Assembly: GCA_965226585.1 (NCBI GenBank)
Contig: OZ245366.1
Location: forward strand, 1,376,001 to 1,440,000
Direction of reading: 5' to 3'
DNA length: 64,000 nucleotides
From: Thermodesulfobacteriota bacterium
Lineage (GTDB): Bacteria > Desulfobacterota_D > UBA1144 > Nemesobacterales > Mycalebacteriaceae
Positions 10,297 to 18,807 of this stretch are shown piece after piece. The position numbers and the translations under genes were made by a program. The stretch's first letter is position 1; every line of letters begins with the position of its first letter. The notes under the pieces are model-generated. The model saw nothing but the letters and a program-made list of their open reading frames with translations. It was not told where the DNA came from and made no database searches.

Positions 10297-12105
10297 ATGA
10301 TTAACAAAGTAAGAATACGAAGATTTCGCTCTATTGATGACCTAACTGTTGAGTGCGATAGAATCACAATGATTGTTGGTCCGAATGATGCAGGAAAGTC
10401 TAATGTCGTCCGCGCACTAAACTTATTCTTTAACGGCGAAACTGACAATGGAGAAAAGTTCGAATTTGAGAAAGACTTCAACAAGTTCTCAAATGTCCCC
10501 ATAAAAAAAGCTCCTCAAATTGAAATTGAAATGACATTTGATCTTCCCAAAAGTTTTATAAGCAGGAATAGAAGTCGTGTAACTTGGAAGAAAGCGTGGC
10601 GTCGAGAGGGTGAGATTTCTGTTGCAAACCCGATACGTTTTTCGGATGGCAATCATTTACCACCACGAAGCAAAACACCAAAACATGTGCAAAGACATCT
10701 TCTTGAATATGTTCCCGCCATTAAAGATCAGGGGTTTTTTGCCAACCTGCTCGGCAAAATTTATGACTACCTTTCGCAAAAAGCTTCAAGTGTTATGGTT
10801 GGTGACGACTTACTCAGAAACACAGCTGACTTGGTGGGTGATCTGAATCAACATCTAGACAACAAGTTTGAAATAAGCCTTCCAGATAATTTACGCCCAA
10901 TTTTTGAAAACCTGACAATTAAAAATGAAGATGGAATACCCCTCTCCCGGCGTGGTGACGGCATAAAGATTCGTCATATTCCGGAACTTCTTAAGTTCAT
11001 CACGGAACTTGCTGATAAACAGGTAGGAATACCAAATGCTGTTAAGCCTTCACACATCTGGGTATTTGAAGAACCTGAGAACAACCTAGAAATAAATTCA
11101 GCTTTTAAAATGGTTGAAAGGTTAAATCAAATAATGGTTAAAATTCCCAACCTTCAAATATTCATCACAACCCACTCCCCAATATTTTACGGTATAAATA
11201 GAGATGTGAAGGGACAATCAAACTTAATTCGGCATTTTGTTGACATTAATGGCAATTTTTCTTTCATCAAAAAGATAGATGAAAATCAAATTAACGAAAA
11301 GATGGGTTTGATGAGCTTGGTATCTGATACAGTTAATAAGTATAGAAAAAAACTTAAAGAATCAAGCGAAAGAATTAAGTCAATGGAAGATAATGGCATT
11401 GATTTTTCGAAGCCACACCTTTTCGTTGAAGGGGAAGATGACAAACGAGTCTTTCAAAGAGCATTAGAACTCTACCTCCCGAAATTCAAAAACAAACTGA
11501 ATATTGTGTGTACTGAGAATGGCAGTGCCAATTCGGTTATTAACTACTTGCACGCATGGCAACTCCAACAACAACACAGAAAAACTAACCAAGCAAAAGC
11601 TTATGGGTTGTTGGATAATGATCAAGGGGCAGAGGACGCAATAAAGAATCTACCATCAGAATTGGACAGGAAATTTATAAGGCATAAAAAACTTGATTTT
11701 GTCGGCACTACCTTGGACATGATCAAAGAACAGTACAAAGTCACGAAAGACTTAGAATCGCTTTACTCAGATAACTTTTGGCAAAAAGCTCAAAGTAAGG
11801 AGTGGCTTGAGTTAATCTCCCCCTCCGAGTTGGTAGACAAGAGGCTACCGACTAAAATTGCAGAGGCAATCAAATCCCGCAACGAAGGCGACCCAGAGGT
11901 AAAAAGATGGGAAACACTAAGCAGTGTGCAACGCTTGAGAGTTGAACACAAATTTACTCTCGATGGCAAGAAACGTGCCTCAAAATATCTTTCAACCTGT
12001 GATAAAAAAGAGGCTGAAAAAGCATTGAAAAATGTGGAAAATGAGTTGGAAGGCGCAATCAAATGGCTGTTTAGTGAAAACAACCAAGAAGAACTCCAGA
12101 TATAA
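10297..12105 (+). CDS. OLD-family ABC-ATPase + TOPRIM nuclease
   Basis: Walker A GPNDAGKS, Walker B/D-loop FEEPENNL, H-loop TTHSP, TOPRIM FVEGEDD and LLDND; AT-rich. Confidence 0.8.
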   Translation: MINKVRIRRFRSIDDLTVECDRITMIVGPNDAGKSNVVRALNLFFNGETDNGEKFEFEKDFNKFSNVPIKKAPQIEIEMTFDLPKSFISRNRSRVTWKKAWRREGEISVANPIRFSDGNHLPPRSKTPKHVQRHLLEYVPAIKDQGFFANLLGKIYDYLSQKASSVMVGDDLLRNTADLVGDLNQHLDNKFEISLPDNLRPIFENLTIKNEDGIPLSRRGDGIKIRHIPELLKFITELADKQVGIPNAVKPSHIWVFEEPENNLEINSAFKMVERLNQIMVKIPNLQIFITTHSPIFYGINRDVKGQSNLIRHFVDINGNFSFIKKIDENQINEKMGLMSLVSDTVNKYRKKLKESSERIKSMEDNGIDFSKPHLFVEGEDDKRVFQRALELYLPKFKNKLNIVCTENGSANSVINYLHAWQLQQQHRKTNQAKAYGLLDNDQGAEDAIKNLPSELDRKFIRHKKLDFVGTTLDMIKEQYKVTKDLESLYSDNFWQKAQSKEWLELISPSELVDKRLPTKIAEAIKSRNEGDPEVKRWETLSSVQRLRVEHKFTLDGKKRASKYLSTCDKKEAEKALKNVENELEGAIKWLFSENNQEELQI

Positions 12106-12162
12106 TGATAAGAAGATCGGGCAAAAAACGAAATAGCACTTTGTAGATTGACTTTAAAAATA

Positions 12163-13431
12163 TTAAGTAAGTTGCACTTGGTAACTTGAATCCACACTTT
12201 CATATTCAATACCGGCAAAAGTTTTCAGGATTGCTTTGAGAATGATTTGCACTCCCTTAACAGGCACTGCCATACCAATCTGTCTCCTGATACTTTCCTT
12301 GCTTCCCAAGAAGGTGAAATTATCAGGAAAGGTTTGTAAACGTGCCCGTTCTCGATTAGTTAGAGCGCGAGGCTCATCCCAGTGATACATATGAGTACCA
12401 CCACCCCCGGAACCTGTAACAGTATAAGCAGGTTTGGCTGGATCCAGTCTTTTATAAATCATTGAGAGTTTTGCGCCCTTTACATTCAGTTTGAGGTGGT
12501 CAGGCAAATCTGCAGTCCATGCGTTTTCTCCCGGGCGGATATGTTCAAGTCGCTCCACGACCTGAGACGACTGTCTAGTCGCCTCTTGGTTGTCGCAATT
12601 AGATGGAATGGGAGGCATAGTCAATGCCTCTCTCGAAGAAACCTTCTTAAGATTGGGGGCGGGAACCTTAAATTTCAGACCTAAATCTCGCCTGAATCCG
12701 ACAATAATAATACGATGCCTCGCTTGCGGCACTCCGTACTCTTCAAACTTGTATAGATGTGTAGTTAGGGAATATCCGTGTTCACCCGCACTCTCCAAAT
12801 CTGAGAGAATCTTTCTAAACGCATAACCTTCATTCGCATTGGATAACCCTGATACATTTTCTGCAAGAATGAACTTGGGGTTTGCTTCATTGACATATTT
12901 AACCCCATAACTGTAAAGGGGGCCATACTCTCCCTGTAGTCCTCTACTTTCCCCTACATTACTAAAGTCATTGCAGGGAAACCCGTAAAGAAATCCATCT
13001 ACGGGTGGCAATTTACGAAGGTTTATCTGGCGAACATCCTGACAAATTACCTTTGGTGAGTTTTCCTCTCCAAAAATGTTATGAGCAAAAGTTCTACAAG
13101 TATCAGGGTGATTATCCGTTGCCCACACATGATCAAATGAGAGATGCTTTCCTTTGGTTTGCAATGAAGTTTGACTTGCGGCCAAACCTATGCCGCCCGG
13201 ACCGCAATACATTTCTCCAATTGATAAAGCCTCACCCATAGAATTGCGAGAAGTAGGTTGGTCATTATGAACTGCATATACATCCGAGGAATTATCCGAA
13301 TAGTTTTTCATCAAACTCCGCAAAACCTCAGAAGGTTTGACCTGCTTCTTTTTACATGCTACCTTGAAACCCTCTAATGCCCCTTCGGAAACACGAAATT
13401 GAAATGATTTTGAGTTGCTTGTTTTGTCCAT
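12163..13431 (-). CDS. DNA (cytosine-5) methyltransferase, M.BbvI-like, with N-terminal ribbon-helix-helix-like extension
   Basis: Motif I YCGPGG, motif IV GFPCNDFS, motif VI ENV, motif VIII QARHR, RERARLQTFPD, QIGMAV; start moved to ATG 13431 (MDKTSNSK). Confidence 0.93.
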   Translation of the reverse strand: MDKTSNSKSFQFRVSEGALEGFKVACKKKQVKPSEVLRSLMKNYSDNSSDVYAVHNDQPTSRNSMGEALSIGEMYCGPGGIGLAASQTSLQTKGKHLSFDHVWATDNHPDTCRTFAHNIFGEENSPKVICQDVRQINLRKLPPVDGFLYGFPCNDFSNVGESRGLQGEYGPLYSYGVKYVNEANPKFILAENVSGLSNANEGYAFRKILSDLESAGEHGYSLTTHLYKFEEYGVPQARHRIIIVGFRRDLGLKFKVPAPNLKKVSSREALTMPPIPSNCDNQEATRQSSQVVERLEHIRPGENAWTADLPDHLKLNVKGAKLSMIYKRLDPAKPAYTVTGSGGGGTHMYHWDEPRALTNRERARLQTFPDNFTFLGSKESIRRQIGMAVPVKGVQIILKAILKTFAGIEYESVDSSYQVQLT

Positions 13432-13473
13432 ACAATGTAGGCAACCACAATTTGTGAGTAAAATCAAGAAATA

Positions 13474-14121
13474 ATGTGGAAACAAACAAAAAATTTAGTT
13501 GGCATGCCTGATGGCAGTTTTCGCAGTCTGCTCGGATATGCCGGTGAGTCTCTTGCCATAGGAAGGGCATTAGTCTGCGGATACAATGTCTTTTTCAAAG
13601 CATGGAGAGATGCCAAATACGATGCGGTGCTTGATTTCAACAAAGTTTTATTTCGAGTAGAAATAAAGCAGACAAGTGGAAGTCAACAACTATCAGTCAC
13701 AGCGGGGGGAAGATCAGGACGACAAATCAGTAGAAGTGCAGAATCCAGAGAACAAGTTCTGTCAACCGAAGATTGTGATTTTGTAATTGGAGTTCATTCA
13801 CTGAAAGGCACTTGCTGGATAATACCCGTAGAGTTCATAGAGATACTTGGCAGGAAAAATTTGAATATGTTTTTGCTTAAACATTTCGAAGAAAAGTGGA
13901 AAATTTTTCAAACAAATGTCTCTATAATCACCCCCGAAATTTTACGAGACGGACTCAGGAATTTGTCGAGTGTGAAGATAGACAAGATATTAAAAGACCT
14001 TGGAATAAAAAACCTGAATGGTACTTCTATTGAAACGAGTTCAAGGACTAAAAAATATCTTTCACCCTCAGATTTTAAGGTTGCAATGATATGGATTACA
14101 ATAGCGAAGAAGTTCGGTTAG
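13474..14121 (+). CDS. PD-(D/E)xK endonuclease (group I intron-associated PDDEXK_5-like), probable cognate restriction enzyme
   Basis: GYAGE...GYNVF...YDAVLD...RVEIK pattern; divergent from the MTase with a 42-bp gap. Confidence 0.65.
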   Translation: MWKQTKNLVGMPDGSFRSLLGYAGESLAIGRALVCGYNVFFKAWRDAKYDAVLDFNKVLFRVEIKQTSGSQQLSVTAGGRSGRQISRSAESREQVLSTEDCDFVIGVHSLKGTCWIIPVEFIEILGRKNLNMFLLKHFEEKWKIFQTNVSIITPEILRDGLRNLSSVKIDKILKDLGIKNLNGTSIETSSRTKKYLSPSDFKVAMIWITIAKKFG

Positions 14122-14148
14122 GTTTTATTAACCATATAAGCCACTCCC

Positions 14149-15402
14149 CTACTCCCATAACGCACTAAAAGGCACCAAATAAACATTCGCGCCGTAGTTA
14201 ATAACGCGGGGCGTATTGCAGAGGACAATTCCGCAATGAAAATCCTTTCCTGTGGCGGCTTGCAGTTCTCTTATACCCGCCAAATCCTTGCCGGTGATGT
14301 TCTCCGAATGTTTAACCTCAATCGCCACAAGTTTGCCCTGATTCTCCAATATAAAATCAATCTCCCTGCCGTCATTTGTGCGGTAGAAACTGACAGACAC
14401 CTTCTCGCCTGTGGCAAAATTGCTCTTGCACAACTCGGAAAGCACAAAGTTTTCCAATATATGACCAAAACGCCCGGGGTCATTCTTTGCCAAATCCTCA
14501 GGCGAACTTCCAAGCAAATAACAAAGCAACATCGTGTCGTGAAAAAATATCTTGCCGGATTTCACAAACCGCTTTGCGATGTTCCGGTGCCAAGGGCTTA
14601 AAGTGTTGGTAACAAATGTGCCGTTCAAAATGCCGCGATAACTGCGGGTGGTTACCGTGTTCAATCCAATCTCACGCCCTATACTCGCATCATTGACAAG
14701 ACTTCCCGCGCGAGCCGCGAGGGATTTCAACAGCGCGGGCATAAAATCCGCCTTTTCCAGATTGTAAATGTGGCGCGGGTCTTCAAGCGTAACCTTCTGT
14801 ATGTAGTTCTTAAACCAACTGTCCGTCATGGAATCCGGCATCTTTATCAGTTCAGGATACGTTGCCGCCCGGATAAAATCCGTCAGTCTCGTGTCGCCGA
14901 TATTTATCCCTGAGAAATCCCTTGAAAAACACCTCTCAATAAATCCCGGCTTCGTGTTCTGAACCTCCGCCACACTCAAAGGCAGTAACGTTAGCGTTGC
15001 CATGCGGCCAACCATGGCGTCAGCCAGTTCGGGGATAACACGCAAATTCGCGGAACCCGTCATCAAATAACGCCCGTTTGCGTCCGCTCCGCCGCTCAAC
15101 TCCTTACTCCTCTGCTCATCAATCAGCATCTTTAAGGGTCTGAAAATTTCCGAAGCCATCTGCACCTCATCAATAATCAGCGGCGAGCCGGACTCACGCA
15201 TATAACCCAGAGGATTGCTCTGCGCCGCCGCGCGCTCCAGCGCGTCATCAAAGGTTATGAACTTTGCCTTGAAATCCTTCGCAAGCAGTTCGCGGACAAG
15301 TGTTGTCTTGCCTGCCTGCCTCGGCCCGTTGATATAAACAGCCGGAAAAGACTTGAGAGAGTCCAGAATAAGCGGTTGCAACAGGCGTTTAACTGCCTTC
15401 AT
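14149..15402 (-). CDS. AAA_14 ATPase with C-terminal DUF4143 (PD-(D/E)xK-like) domain
   Basis: GPRQAGKTT, IIDEVQ, MTGSA, ENFVLSEL, FYRTNDGREIDF...AIEVK. Confidence 0.88.
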   Translation of the reverse strand: MKAVKRLLQPLILDSLKSFPAVYINGPRQAGKTTLVRELLAKDFKAKFITFDDALERAAAQSNPLGYMRESGSPLIIDEVQMASEIFRPLKMLIDEQRSKELSGGADANGRYLMTGSANLRVIPELADAMVGRMATLTLLPLSVAEVQNTKPGFIERCFSRDFSGINIGDTRLTDFIRAATYPELIKMPDSMTDSWFKNYIQKVTLEDPRHIYNLEKADFMPALLKSLAARAGSLVNDASIGREIGLNTVTTRSYRGILNGTFVTNTLSPWHRNIAKRFVKSGKIFFHDTMLLCYLLGSSPEDLAKNDPGRFGHILENFVLSELCKSNFATGEKVSVSFYRTNDGREIDFILENQGKLVAIEVKHSENITGKDLAGIRELQAATGKDFHCGIVLCNTPRVINYGANVYLVPFSALWE

Positions 15403-15499
15403 AGTTCACCTCACACGTTCGCAAAAGAGATTATATGACTTCTCAAAATGAAAAGCAACTTTCAATATTTGAAAAGCAAATGACGGATTTGAGAAATTA

Positions 15500-15544
15500 T
15501 GCGGTGATTAGACCCCTTAATCACCGCAAAATATGCGGTGATTA
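15500..15544. repeat. Three copies of TGCGGTGATTA (direct, inverted, direct)
   Basis: TGCGGTGATTA 15500-15510, TAATCACCGCA 15518-15528, TGCGGTGATTA 15534-15544. Confidence 0.85.
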
Positions 15545-15606
15545 GCGGAAATCTCCGTTCCAATTCAATTGAATCAGAATCCATATCGTATAAATTGCTC
15601 CCTGAA

Positions 15607-16902
15607 ATGAAGGTTCTTGTTATAGGCGGCGGGGGACGGGAAGACGCGCTTTGCTGGAAAATCAACGCCAGCCCTCTTGTCTCTGAAGTAATCTGCGCTC
15701 CGGGAAACGCCGGAATAGCAAAACGGGCGCGCTGTGTTCCCGTCAGCACAGATGACATTGACGGACTGGTCAACCTCGCCATTGCAGAAAACCCCGACCT
15801 TACGGTTGTGGGTCCCGAAGTTCCCCTTGCTCTTGGTCTTGCCGACCGTCTGGAAGAAAAGGGAATAAAGGTTTTCGGTCCCTCGAAAACTGCGGCGGAA
15901 CTGGAGGGAAGCAAAATTTTCTCCAAACAGTTTATGGTGAAACACGGCATACCAACCGCCGAATTCAAATCGTTTGATAACATCAATGAAGCAACCCTTG
16001 AAGTGGAACAGACAAAGAACTTTCCCGTTGTTATAAAAGCGGACGGTCTTGCGGCGGGTAAAGGGGTTTTTATCTGCAACTCGCAAACGGACGCGGAAAA
16101 CGCGCTTTCTTCCATCATGCGGGACAAAATGTTCGGAGAATCAGGAAACCGGATAGTGATGGAGGAGTTTCTCAAAGGCGAGGAAGTTTCATTTTTCGCC
16201 ATATCAGACGGCAAAACCATTGTGCCGCTTGAACCGTCGCAAGACCATAAACGCCTGCTTGACGGCGACAAGGGACCAAACACCGGCGGAATGGGAGCGT
16301 ACACACCCGCCCCGCTTGCGGACAAATCACTCTGCGACAGAATAATGGAAGAGATTATGAAGCCGGTAGTAAAAGGTATGAGTGATGAGGGAAGACCTTA
16401 TAAAGGGGTTCTGTATGCCGGGCTTATGGTTGACGGGGACGACATCAAAGTACTTGAATTCAACTGCCGTTTCGGTGACCCGGAAACACAGCCCCTGCTT
16501 ATGAGAATGAAATCCGACATCGTTCCCCTGCTCACTGCGGCGGCTGAGGGAAAACTTGAAAACACCGCGCCTCCCGTGTGGAGCGAACTCGCAGCGGCTT
16601 GTGTTATAATGGCTTCAAACGGTTATCCGGGCGGCTACGACAAGGGCAAAGAGTTGAAAGGAATTGCCGGAGATGAGGCGGGCGCGGTTGTATTTCACTG
16701 CGGAACCGCAGAGAAAGACGGAAAACTGGTTACCAACGGAGGAAGAGTTCTTGCCGTTACCGCCCTTGGCGGCACGATAAAGGAAGCCGCCAATAGGGCT
16801 TACGGGAAAGTGGAGCGGATTGAAAAGGAAACGGGCGAAGATGTGCTGGTTTATAGAAAAGACATAGGAGACAAAGCAAGGGAGGCAAACGAAAATGGCT
16901 GA
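15607..16902 (+). CDS. purD: Phosphoribosylamine--glycine ligase
   Basis: MKVLVIGGGGRE, VGPEVPL, KADGLAAGKGV, GPNTGGMGAY, EFNCRFGDPETQ; start moved to ATG 15607. Confidence 0.97.
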   Translation: MKVLVIGGGGREDALCWKINASPLVSEVICAPGNAGIAKRARCVPVSTDDIDGLVNLAIAENPDLTVVGPEVPLALGLADRLEEKGIKVFGPSKTAAELEGSKIFSKQFMVKHGIPTAEFKSFDNINEATLEVEQTKNFPVVIKADGLAAGKGVFICNSQTDAENALSSIMRDKMFGESGNRIVMEEFLKGEEVSFFAISDGKTIVPLEPSQDHKRLLDGDKGPNTGGMGAYTPAPLADKSLCDRIMEEIMKPVVKGMSDEGRPYKGVLYAGLMVDGDDIKVLEFNCRFGDPETQPLLMRMKSDIVPLLTAAAEGKLENTAPPVWSELAAACVIMASNGYPGGYDKGKELKGIAGDEAGAVVFHCGTAEKDGKLVTNGGRVLAVTALGGTIKEAANRAYGKVERIEKETGEDVLVYRKDIGDKAREANENG

Positions 16903-17254
16903 TATTTTTTACTTCTCAGTTGAAGACAAAGAGGCGGCGGACGATAAAAGGATGTTTCAAATTCCCCTTAAAGACTGCGTTCACCTTTTTGATATGAGAC
17001 CCTGGCAGAGAGAATGCGCGGGTGATGAGTTTCCCAACCTTAAAACCGGCGACCCGCTGGTTGATTCAAGCGGCTACATACACGTGCTGATGAGAATCTC
17101 ATCAAAAGAGATTGAAGAAAGCGGCGAAGGAAGCTTTGATGAGGGCTGGTATAAAATGAATATGACCGTTATTGAAGTCCAATCCATCATTGGCAAAGCG
17201 GCGCAAAAGAAAGACGCGAAACAACCCGCGCCCGAAAAACCCCGCGAAAAGTAA
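16895..17254 (+). CDS. Hypothetical protein
   Basis: 119-aa ORF overlapping purD stop, GGAGG upstream, host-like codon usage. Confidence 0.7.
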   Translation: MADIFYFSVEDKEAADDKRMFQIPLKDCVHLFDMRPWQRECAGDEFPNLKTGDPLVDSSGYIHVLMRISSKEIEESGEGSFDEGWYKMNMTVIEVQSIIGKAAQKKDAKQPAPEKPREK

Positions 17255-17261
17255 CGAAAAC

Positions 17262-17303
17262 AAGGGTCAGGTCTTGACCTTTTGATTTCCAAAGTCTTAT
17301 AAT
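17262..17303 (+). promoter_or_regulatory. Sigma70-like promoter whose -35 lies in a small hairpin, upstream of the RAYT gene
   Basis: TTGACC 17274-17279, 18-nt spacer, TATAAT 17298-17303; hairpin AAGGGTCA-GGTCT-TGACCTTT 17262-17282. Confidence 0.6.
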
Positions 17304-17313
17304 TGCCCCCGTA

Positions 17314-18138
17314 ATGGCTCGTCCACTCAGAATAGAATTTCCCGGCGCGTGCTACTTTGTTACCTCACGCGGCAACGCCTCAGAACGCGTGTTTCTTGAC
17401 TCCGATGACGGAAAACTGTGGATGGACACTTTTGAGTCCGTCTGCTCGCGGTTCGGGTGGATATGCTACGCCTACTGCCTGATGGACAACCACTACCACA
17501 TCGTTGTTGAAACCACCAGACCCAACCTCTCCGCCGGAATGAGACAGTTAAACGGCGTCTTTACACAGGCGTTTAACAGAAGACACAAACGCGGCGGACA
17601 TGTTTTTATGGGCAGATTTAAGGCAATCATATTCCAGAAAGAGAAATACCTGAAACCGCTTATAAAACACGTTGTTTCAAACCCCGTGAGAAAAGGGCTT
17701 ATCACCTCACCCGCCCAATGGAAATGGAGCAGTTGCCGCGCCTCTTGCGGCGGTGATGAAAATGTGCCGTTTATAGACACAAAAGCGGTTGCCGGAATAT
17801 TCGGGGGAGTTGACGGCTTTAAAAGTTTTGTTTCTGACGGAAATTATGACGATATACGCTCGAACGTGAAACGGCAGATATATCTGGGCGATGAGATATT
17901 TGTTGAAAAAACCGCCGCCCTCGCCTCTTCGAATTCAAAAGAAATACCGCTTAAACAGAGAACCGACATCAAACCCTCTCGCGGCGCAGACAGAAACGAA
18001 GCCATTATCAACGCCTTCCTCTCAGGCTCTTACTCTATGAAGGAAGTATCCGACCTGTTCGGAGTCCACTACTCAACGGTAAGCAGAATTTTGAGCGAAA
18101 ACGAAAGCCCGCCCATAAAATTGAAAAAAACCGGATAA
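17314..18138 (+). CDS. REP-associated tyrosine transposase (RAYT, Y1_Tnp HUH family) with C-terminal HTH
   Basis: MARPLRIEFPGA, VTSRGN, YCLMDNHYH (HUH), GHVFMGRFKA, NPVRKG, WKWSS; C-terminal SMKEVSDLFGVHYSTVSRIL HTH. Confidence 0.88.
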   Translation: MARPLRIEFPGACYFVTSRGNASERVFLDSDDGKLWMDTFESVCSRFGWICYAYCLMDNHYHIVVETTRPNLSAGMRQLNGVFTQAFNRRHKRGGHVFMGRFKAIIFQKEKYLKPLIKHVVSNPVRKGLITSPAQWKWSSCRASCGGDENVPFIDTKAVAGIFGGVDGFKSFVSDGNYDDIRSNVKRQIYLGDEIFVEKTAALASSNSKEIPLKQRTDIKPSRGADRNEAIINAFLSGSYSMKEVSDLFGVHYSTVSRILSENESPPIKLKKTG

Positions 18139-18141
18139 CTC

Positions 18142-18795
18142 TCAGCCCAAGCGTCTCTTCAAAACCTCAATCTTCTCCCGCTTGCGCAAAATAATCACGA
18201 ACAGCAAAATAAACGCGGCGATGCTGACCATCATCGTGTGCATCATCTCAGGGGCTATCCCCTCTCCGCCCGGACCGAAAACCACGGGAGAAATGTCTCT
18301 CTTAACAACACGGGCGGACACATAAACCCACGGCAGGTCTATAAACGCCAGACACGCGAAAACCGCAGAGAGCACCGAACTTTTCTCGCCCGGAGGAAGC
18401 GCCCTTCTGAGCAGTACGTAACCGGAGTAGAGAAGAAACAGAATAAAAGTGGCTTGCAGTTGCGCGTCCCACCAAACCCACCACGTTCCCCACGACGACT
18501 TTGCCCATATCGCACCCGTGAGAATGGTTATGAGGGTGAAAACAACACCCGCCTCTGCGGACGAAACGGCGCGTATATCCCATTTCTGTTTCCTTGTGCG
18601 CAGAAAGGCGACGCTTGATATAAACACGATTATAAAAGCAACCGTCATCGCGGCAACCGCTCCCATGTGAAAGTAGAAAATTCTCTGCGCGTGCCCCATA
18701 AGTTTCTCCGTGGGCGCGTAAAAGACAGACATCCACATCGCCGCCGCCATCGCGACAACAGCGGAAACAAAAACTGCTTTTCTCAAAATGCTCAA
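18142..18795 (-). CDS. ccmC: Cytochrome c biogenesis heme exporter C
   Basis: RIFYFH, TGAIWAKSSWGTWWVWWD (WWD domain), multiple TM helices. Confidence 0.9.
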   Translation of the reverse strand: MSILRKAVFVSAVVAMAAAMWMSVFYAPTEKLMGHAQRIFYFHMGAVAAMTVAFIIVFISSVAFLRTRKQKWDIRAVSSAEAGVVFTLITILTGAIWAKSSWGTWWVWWDAQLQATFILFLLYSGYVLLRRALPPGEKSSVLSAVFACLAFIDLPWVYVSARVVKRDISPVVFGPGGEGIAPEMMHTMMVSIAAFILLFVIILRKREKIEVLKRRLG

Positions 18796-18807
18796 AATTC
18801 TCTCCTC

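Noticed and set aside
15500..15544. CRISPR-like array or lambda-type operator
   Set aside because: Units are only 11 nt, alternate in orientation, have 5-7 nt spacers, and no cas or phage repressor gene is nearby
15462..16325. Long antisense ORFs opposite housekeeping genes (e.g. purD, ccmB, era, leuC)
   Set aside because: Shadow frames of well-supported genes, with no motifs of their own
17314..18138. Active IS200/IS605 element
   Set aside because: No tnpB and no room for a right end; the protein is RAYT-type with an HTH tail
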